From Geosiphon pyriformis uo1 (taxonomy: Eukaryota; Fungi; Glomeromycota), in the NCBI GenBank assembly GCA_016748015.1, contig JAAOMT010000651.1:37482-69698 (forward strand): a stretch of DNA of 32,217 nt, read 5' to 3'. Below the pieces are notes generated by a model. The model was not told where the DNA came from, ran no database searches, and was given only the letters and a program-made list of their open reading frames with translations. Position 1 is the first letter of the stretch. Each line of letters starts with the position of its first letter. Below, piece after piece: positions 24,856 through 32,217 of this stretch. A program made the position numbers and the translations under genes.

Positions 24856-25089
24856 CTCGTGTTTCTTGGAGAGATCTGGTAGTGCAATGTATTGTTCATA
24901 GTTTATATTGGGTTTTGAATCGGAGTCTAAATCGTTTTTGTTGTCATTGCCAATTTGAATGGAGCTTGAACTATTGTTATCATCGTCATTGTCGGAGTTT
25001 GAATTGTGATTAATCAGTGATTCTGATTCTGATGCGCAGCTGCTGATTGGTTCTTCTTCAGAGATTGAGTAAGTCATGCGTGGTGGTGG

Positions 25090-25730
25090 ATTGTAAATGA
25101 GATCACACTCATTACCATACTAGAAGTCACAAAGAATTAGGCAGTGTTGACATAGTCAAGCGCTCAACTGCTCTAACCATTGTTCTTGTTCTTCCCTTGT
25201 GGGTACTAATTCTTGGTAGTGTTCATGGAATTGTTTCGGATCCAGGAGGTTTATGATGGGTTCTGCATTCCAGTCAAGCTCTAAAGGTTCTGGGGAGTTG
25301 TCTTTGATTGTTTTTATCTCTTCTGGTGTCATCTTTTTGATTTTGGCAAGTGCCATTCGCCAAATTTTATCATCGTCATGTGGGCAACTGTCCAGTCACT
25401 ATACGGCTCTTCGCCAGACTGCTTCCATTGGGGTTTCTTTCCTTACCCAGTCGCTTATTAGAATCGTGTATTGACACGATACGTCGCACATTCCTCCATG
25501 TTCTAGAATGTCGTTTCACATTCCTTCATCTAGCAGGGTCTTTCCACAAGTGAGACAAGATTGGTTATTCCATTTTTCTTGCCTCTTTGGTTGTCCAAAG
25601 TGTTCGAATAAGCATGAATGACAGTAGAATTTTGTTGTGGTGTAGTATTCCTCATCATCGCCACAGAATGCGTTCATTGATGACAATTTCTTACCACAAT
25701 TGACACATATAAGCTTAGGTCGACAATAGG
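25090..25730 (-). other. Cys-rich, putative Zn-binding region between protease and dUTPase
   Basis: In the polyprotein frame: CVNC, FYCHSC, CLTC, CDVSC and CQHCLILC. Confidence 0.6.
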
Positions 25731-26099
25731 TAGATTGTTGTGATATAGTGTGGATGTTATAAGCGGTGGTGGTTTGGGTGGTCTCTTTTTCTTTTCCTTT
25801 CCCTTTATTTTCTTTGTTTTCTTCCCATTTCCAGCTTGAAATTGGTTTGCTCTCGTCGTTGTCGGTCTATGTCAGGTCATTGGTTTCCCAGGTAAGTTCT
25901 TCCTTTTGTTTCCCTTTTTCTTTGTTGTTGTTGTTCCAGGAGAATATTGGCAGCAGTTCATTGCGCTCTTCATCAGCCCACAATACTTGGTAGGCTTCCC
26001 AGATAGGCTTTTCTTTCTTCTTCTCCAGTTTGATCAATAGTTTCTCTCTTGGAGGCATTTTGAAGTGGTTACACATGGCCGGGACATGTATGTGTTGGC

Positions 26100-26445
26100 C
26101 CTGATACATTAGCTGGAGTTCCTGGGTGTTTCAATCTAACATTGTGTTAACTTTGGATAGCCAGTCATTACCGACAAAAGCTTGGTATTGAGTGGCTTCC
26201 ATTACTAGAACTTTAATGGAAGTCACGATGTCATTAACTTCAAAAGAAAATTCGTTAATTTCACCGATTAGAGTTTTGGTCGCTTCGTCAGCTGTGATAA
26301 TTCTGGTGCTGGCAGCTCAATCAACTTGGCAACCTAATTGATCCATGAGTTGTCATGTGATTATGCTGCCAGCTGATTCACTATCTAGGATGAGTTTGAT
26401 GGGGTGACCATCAACTCTAGCATCTGTGTACATTGCTGTTATGGG
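26100..26445 (-). pseudogene. Retropepsin-like aspartic protease
   Basis: VDGHPIKLILDSESAGSII (DSG>DSE), ITADEAT and AFVGNDWL. Confidence 0.9.
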
Positions 26446-26779
26446 TTTCTTTTCGAGGGCAGCTCCACTGAATAATAGTATTGGTGTGTTTTTTTCGAGT
26501 TCAAAAGGAAAGATGGCTGCTAGGAATTCGTCACTAGAGATAGTTGCCAGTAGAATTGTGTTGGTAGGTATGTGCTAATTGGATTCTGTGTTGTTAGATG
26601 TGGCATTTTCTGGGGTAACCAGGAGACTTAAATAATGTTGGGAATTTGGGTTTTAGATGCGACTGGTATCCAAATTCCGGGTGCGTGATCTTGATGGTGG
26701 GTCTAGCGAATGGGGAATTGGTTGGTGAACAATCATCGCTGATTTCTAGTTTTGAGTGACTCTGAATCGAGGGTTGCCT

Positions 26780-28794
26780 GTTGTCATTTGAGCTGGGTTC
26801 TGGGGCGGTGTTTGAATTGATTAGGATTAATAGATGATTTGTGGCTATGGTTGATATATTACTTGTGGCTGTGGCTAATAAATCGGAGGTTGATATACTG
26901 GCAGTTGATAGATTGGTTGCTGCGTTATTGGCAGGTAATTATTCCGATATTGGTCTTGACTTTGATTTGGATAATGATTCAGAGTTTGGAACTGGCAATT
27001 GGAGTTTCGATATTGATTTTCCGATTGTTGATTATTTAAACACTGGTGACAGTCAATTTGGATATGTTTTTGGTTACCACAATAGTGGCAGATATGCATT
27101 TCCTGTTGCCACTGTTGATTGGTTAATGAAGATGGATGTGGTTGATTTTGGCCACGATTAGAATTTTCTTGGTTATTGCATCATTGTGGAGGCTGATAAA
27201 TGGCGTGATTGTCAGCTAAGTATTCTTCCAATCTCTTATTGATTGATTTACTGAACTTTTCCAATTTAGAATCAAATTCAGATGATCCGTTTATTACTAG
27301 ATTAATGGCTTGGGCATGGTTAGCCTCTGACTCAGTGGATTCAAAATCTCTGGTGCATGTGACTGCGTCTTGAAGCATGCCAAGATGCAACAGATGTACA
27401 TGTTGCAAGATGCTGCTGCGTAGACCATGGATAAACTGGTTGAATATCTGTGGTGCTGTGAAATAGTCATCGTCAATTGCTTAAATTTGGCGCAAGTTTT
27501 GATTGAAGCATCCTAGGTAAGTGGTGACTGCTTCAATTTCTCCTTGTTTCATGGTGGTGAATGTATTGACTAAGCAATTGATGCTATTGTTGTTGCTGAA
27601 GTATCTTAGAAATTCTGCTTTGAAGGCATTGAAATCTTGTGGTTTATTAACCAAGCTCTGATACCATGAATTGGCGGTATTCTTGAGAAAGTAGGGAATG
27701 GCTTGTATGGCTCGGGCGTCATTCCATCTGTTGACTGCGATGGTTTTTTCTACATTATTCAGCCATACTTAAGCATCATTCTCTTCACCAGTAAAGTTGT
27801 CGAGTTTTGCAATGGGTGCATAAGCCATTGAGTCTAAGTTAGGTGATTGTGGTGGCTGTTGAAGTAGTTGTTGGGGTGGTAATTGAAGTGGCTGTGGTAT
27901 AGGTTTGGCTACTGAATTAATCAGCAGTTGATCGATGATGATTATCAGAGATAAGTTTTGCTGATTAATTAATTCGGGTTTTGGATTGTTCTGTCTTTGC
28001 TGATTCGGAGTTTCGATTTCTGAATTTTCTATATTTAAATTTTGCTGAGCTTGAAAATTTGGGGTTTCAACTTCTGGGCTTTCAGTGATCAGGTTTTGGT
28101 AAGTAAATTCTTGATCCTCTGATTCTTCTTCCTTTTTTTCTGATTCTGCTGCTTCCCATGGATCAGAGATTCCAAAATCTGGTGGAAGCGGTGGTGATCA
28201 AAGTTTTGATAGGATTGATGATCATGAATTAAATTCCTCAAAGTATTCGCCATATGGTCGTAACAATTCTGTTTTCCTTTGTCTACTTTGGAATGGGAAT
28301 CATCTAAATACTGATGTCGCAATTGATGAAAACACATTGGTTGATGATATGTTGATGTCACTTCCAGGTGTATAGTGGTAGGATGGGTTGCTTGGAGATT
28401 TAACTCTGTTTTTCTTCCAAGCAGGTGGCTGTAATTTTCTGGGTGTTACTGCTGGTGTTTGTAATTTTCTCTTGCCTTTACTAGCGTATGTAATTGGATA
28501 TCTTTGTTGAGTGTGGTGTTCAATTTTTTTGTTGATCTCAGTGATGATAGATGCAAAATTATGATTTGTTGATAAGTTGGTGTTTTGAATTAATTCTTTA
28601 TAGAAAGTTTCTCTTGCTGATTCAGTATTCACTGGTGTTCCTAATAAAGAGGAAATCTTTTCATTGACATAGAAATTGAAGACTGATTTGGCAGATATAT
28701 GATTGTGGTTTAATTCCAAGTATTGACAATAGTGTTGAAATAAGGATTTTGCAAATCCTAAATGGTTTGCTCCTATAATTTCTGATTCTGCCAC
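26780..28794 (-). pseudogene. Gypsy gag region with long N-terminal extension and CCHC zinc knuckle
   Basis: Capsid-like IAKLDNFTGEE…WLNNVEK…AIPYFLK…WYQSL…FKAEFL…FIHGLR, and knuckle CHYCGNQKHIQIDC at ~27050-27092. The start codon is not resolved. Confidence 0.88.
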
Positions 28795-28837
28795 TTTTGG
28801 TTTGGTGTTGTTGGTACTGGTTCTCTGTAGGATTATA

Positions 28838-28854
28838 CCTTACAGGGAGCACCA
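28838..28854 (-). other. Primer binding site
   Basis: TGGTGCTCCCTGTAAGG begins 2 nt after the 5' LTR and is complementary to a tRNA 3' end …AGGGAGCA-CCA. Elongator Met or Ile class is an inference only. Confidence 0.8.
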
Positions 28855-28856
28855 AA

Positions 28857-29740
28857 TGTTACAGATGATTATTTCTGCTGTTGAATTAAATAACAAACCC
28901 GTAACTTGGTGCTCAAAAGCTACTTCCGTTGAGGCTGTTCTGAAAATGCTGTATCTGAAGGTTTTGATGGATCTGAAGGTTTTGGTTGAGTCCTTTGTAT
29001 AATGAACAGAGATTCAATAGTGTCAATAGTAGATATATTTTCCAAGAGTTTTCCCAATTTCTTTCTTAGCATGGTGGCTAGATTTAGTTTGGCAGTCATG
29101 CCTTTCTGGTAAGCTATCCGATAATATATAAAATTCTACCCGTATTTCTGGGTCTTTTACCAGGCTATCCTTGACGTCAATAACTCAGCACTTAATCTTT
29201 TATCAATTAGTATATAACAACAAATCAAAATAAAATAAATAAAAAAAATAAAAGAAAAATAAAGAAAGCAAAGAAATAAGCCAAAGAGATTTGCAGATTA
29301 GTATCCCGTCAATAGCCATGATCAAGAGCTATTGTTCCAGTGTGGTTAAGTATCAATTACTATCAACATGAAGGGTTGATAATAGGGAGTGGATTTAAGA
29401 TATGAAGTAATTATTTATTTAATGATTGTGTTTCTAGGTTTAAGGATTCTGTAGTATCAATTCTGTCTTTTCTGTTTCTAATACTACTGCTATATATACA
29501 TAATTGAGATTCCTCAATTCCTCGATTCTTCACAACAGGAATCCTAGAATTCCTGGAATCCTGCGATTCCTTTGAGAGGAATCCTGGAATTCTGGAATTC
29601 TGCAATTCCTCATTGGGAATTCTGAAATTCCTGGAATTCTGCAATTCCTGAGAGGAATCCTGGAATTTCATATTTACTATACTTACTTCTGATTGGCTAA
29701 TAATTATGCTAATATATTTCTTATATTTCTATGAATAACA
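28857..29740 (-). repeat. 5' LTR (884 bp)
   Basis: TGTTACA…ATAACA termini, adjacent to the PBS; TATATA box candidate near 29491-29498. Confidence 0.97.
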
Positions 29741-30100
29741 CCATATTAATAGCAATAACCTAATTGAGTCATTGCTTCAGAATTTCCTGCATTAACAGTC
29801 TTTTAATATAATTTGACCTCTTGACTTTTGTTCTAATTAATACTTTTGTCATGCTGATAACAATAACCTAAATTGTTTATTGTAGCAGAATTCTTTATAT
29901 CACTTGTCTTTTAATATAATTTAACAGCTTGACTCATGTCTTGATTAACATCTTTGCCATAAAAGTAGCAATTTCCTAATTTATTTATTGCTGCAGAGTT
30001 TTCAGTATTTAAACAGAATGGATGGTAAAAATCTAATTTGAGATTTTACATTTTTAAAAAATACCTCCAAACAGCCACAACAATTAACATGGCAATAATA
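29741..30100 (-). pseudogene. 5' half of the Sel1-repeat ORF (~2.5 repeats) preceded in frame by a hydrophobic segment
   Basis: IIIAMLIVVAVWRYFLKM*…ENSAAINKLGNCYFYGKDVNQDMSQAVKLY*KTSDIKNSATINNLGYCY…AGNSEAMTQLGYCY*YG. The 108-bp period recurs at 29741, 29849 and 29957. Confidence 0.82.
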
Positions 30101-30465
30101 ATTCAGTTTGCTTACTTCCCAATAGCCTTAACAATCAATGCAACAATAATAATTCAGTCACTTACTTCCTAATGGCTTCAACAATCAATGCAACAATAAT
30201 CAGATTTATTTACCTTTAGATGGTCTCAGTAATCAATACAACAATAGTAATTTACTTATCTTTAAACAGCTATGACAATCTATGTGAATATATTAATCAA
30301 ATTTGCTTATCTCTAAATAGTTATGGCAATCAATATAACAATAATAATCAGATTCACTTACCTTTGGATAGCCTCAACAATTAATGTAACAATAATAATT
30401 TACTTCACTTATCTTTGGATAGTTATGGCAATTATCACACCAATACTAAATAAATTTACTTAGTG
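30064..30465. repeat. Tandem array of ~8 units of 46-51 bp
   Basis: Unit acaatcaatgcaacaataataattcagtcacttacttcctaatggcttca repeats at ~30080, 30131, 30181, 30229 and onward. Confidence 0.85.
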
Positions 30466-30922
30466 ACTTGAGCAATTATTCAATATTTACCACCAAGACA
30501 AAGCAGAGCATGCTATTTTACACCAATTTGCTTGTTGTAACTTTTAAAATTATACCAATAAAATAATAAATTAATAAATAAAGCAAACAATGATAGATTA
30601 ATATAAGTCTTATTATTGCAATACTTAAATGCAAAATAAGGTCAACATTTTAAAATAATATTTGGGATACCTTTTATAATTTGAGGTATTTTATATGTTT
30701 GATTAAATATGAGATGACATCTGATGTTTATATCTAATATTATATGATTATAGTGTGATTATAGAAAGTAGAAATTACTTATATTCTGCTATCATATTTG
30801 TGAGGATAGGGACTATAAGGAGATATATATAGTAAAAGTAACTATAAGGAAATAATATTATATATAAATGGTTTTGGTTTTTAAAAAAATGTGATTATAA
30901 GAAAATAGTAACTATAATCAGA

Positions 30923-30945
30923 GGGATTATAGAAAGAGTTCACTA
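30923..30945 (-). repeat. Right TIR of the pogo-like element
   Basis: Reverse complement tagtgaactctttctataatccc, followed by TA and preceded by 4 subterminal RAYTATAA motifs (30810-30920). Confidence 0.7.
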
Positions 30946-32217
30946 TAGTTACTTTGCTATAGAAGTTAACTCTTCTACAGGAATCTCATATATAGGCTAT
31001 CTTAATAATTTATAATAAGAAAATAAAAAGAAAATAAAAAAAATATAAAAGAAATAAAGTTTTGTTAAGGAAATCATTTTCTATCCAGGCCTGAAGTTAC
31101 TAATAATTTATTGAAATTAGTAGCTAATTAATTTCAAAATATTAGTTTGGTTTTGGGACTTTTAAGTATAATAATTAAAAAATTTGGTTTTTAAATATTT
31201 AATTTTTATTTAATTTTTTTTAAAGATATATAAGGAATAATTTGTTTTAATTAAGATATTTAAAGTAAGATACATTTTTCTTAAAGAAAAAAGCTTTTCT
31301 TTTATATAATTTGTTGTAGTAATTTTTAAACTTGTACTTTTCTCTTTGCTATAATTTTGGCAAACTAAAGATACATTTTAATAAACTACAAGTTATTTCA
31401 ATCAACTATTGATTATTTCGGCCAATTTCTATTCATTTTGGTAAATTTTTGAATATTAAATGGTTTAGAATATTGTGTAATTTGATCATCTTAATTTCTA
31501 TAATACAAATTGAGTTATTAATTGAATAATAATATTTGATAATTTGATTAATTAATACATGATAATTGAAATAATAATAATATATACTAATTAATATTAC
31601 GAATTAGAAAAGTAATTTTATGTTAATTAATAGCTAAAATTCTATTGGTAACAGTGGCATTTGGGTTTTATTTATTAAATGAATAAAAAAAAATTAATAA
31701 TTATTTAAAAAATTCAAACAATATAAAAATAATATTTTTTACATATTACTTAATATAAATTATATAACTAATTATTAGTTCTTTTATTTTTTATTTATTT
31801 TTAAAGTTTTTGTTAAAATATATTATTTGCTCATTTAATTAATCTTTAAAATTAAAAATATTTTGTATATCTATTTATAATATGAATAATTGGCTATATT
31901 TCTGTTAATTTTTTGATTATTTTAGCTGTAAACTCATTATTAATTTAAAAAATAGTTGAAAATTTAAATATAATAAAAAGTTAAAAAAAAAACTTGCAAC
32001 TTTTTTTGCTTCTTTAGAAAAAAGAATTGTAGTTTAAAAAAAATTTGTAAAATAATTCCAAACATAATAAATATATTTGTAAGAATTATTTGGTTAATTG
32101 TATATATTAACCAAATTTACTCATAAATAATACATAAAATTTTTTGTTAAAATCAGATTTGTAGCTATTAATTAAATTAAAGATTATTATTTAATATATT
32201 TAATATAGTAAAAACAA

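Larger units (their letters stand above)
19570..29740 (-). mobile_element. Full-length Ty3/Gypsy LTR retrotransposon with dUTPase, inactivated by nonsense mutations
   Basis: Two 884-bp LTRs, PBS, PPT and domain order gag-PR-dUTPase-RT-RH-IN. The 4-bp TSD is CTAT (19566-69) / CCAT (29741-44) and falls in register with the 108-bp Sel1 repeat. Confidence 0.97.
18722..30945 (-). mobile_element. Non-autonomous pogo/Tigger-like (Tc1/mariner superfamily) TIR element, ~2.05 kb without the nested Gypsy, carrying a Sel1-repeat cassette
   Basis: TA on both flanks (18720-21, 30946-47). 23-bp TIRs are 16/23 identical with 6 of 7 mismatches transitions (consensus CAGTGAACTCTCTCTATAAT). Subterminal G(T/G)RAYTATA motifs occur at both ends. 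A transposase-type C-terminal tail ends KKQLQIDSFFK. Confidence 0.75.

Noticed and set aside
23141-29002. Plus-strand and off-frame ORFs within the Gypsy (for example 26841..27161, 28089..28361, 28802..29002)
   Set aside because: Antisense or alternate-frame shadows of gag-pol or LTR sequence.
31000-32217. Possible further TE or coding relic at the right end
   Set aside because: No motif, terminal repeat or frame could be supported by eye.

Overview
AT-rich eukaryotic genomic DNA. The HRDLHSGN-type kinase, Sel1 repeats and TE families point to a Glomeromycota fungus; the TE proteins resemble Geosiphon-type sequences from recall, not from a search. One apparently intact, spliced TKL-like kinase gene (3057..1255, minus) faces a decayed kinase paralog. 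The remaining ~28 kb is a nested transposon graveyard: an AT-converted Gypsy integrase relic, two LINEs, two solo LTRs, a hAT relic, and a pogo/Tigger-like TIR element (18722..30945). That element has no recognisable transposase core and instead carries a Sel1-repeat cassette fused in frame to the PIP-box transposase tail. It is split by a full-length 10.2-kb Ty3/Gypsy element (884-bp LTRs) with a single-frame gag-PR-Cys-rich-dUTPase-RT-RH-IN-ORF3 layout. The repeats show a near-pure C>T/G>A hypermutation signature: about 70 LTR-LTR differences, only 3 transversions and no indels by manual count, including non-CpG contexts.
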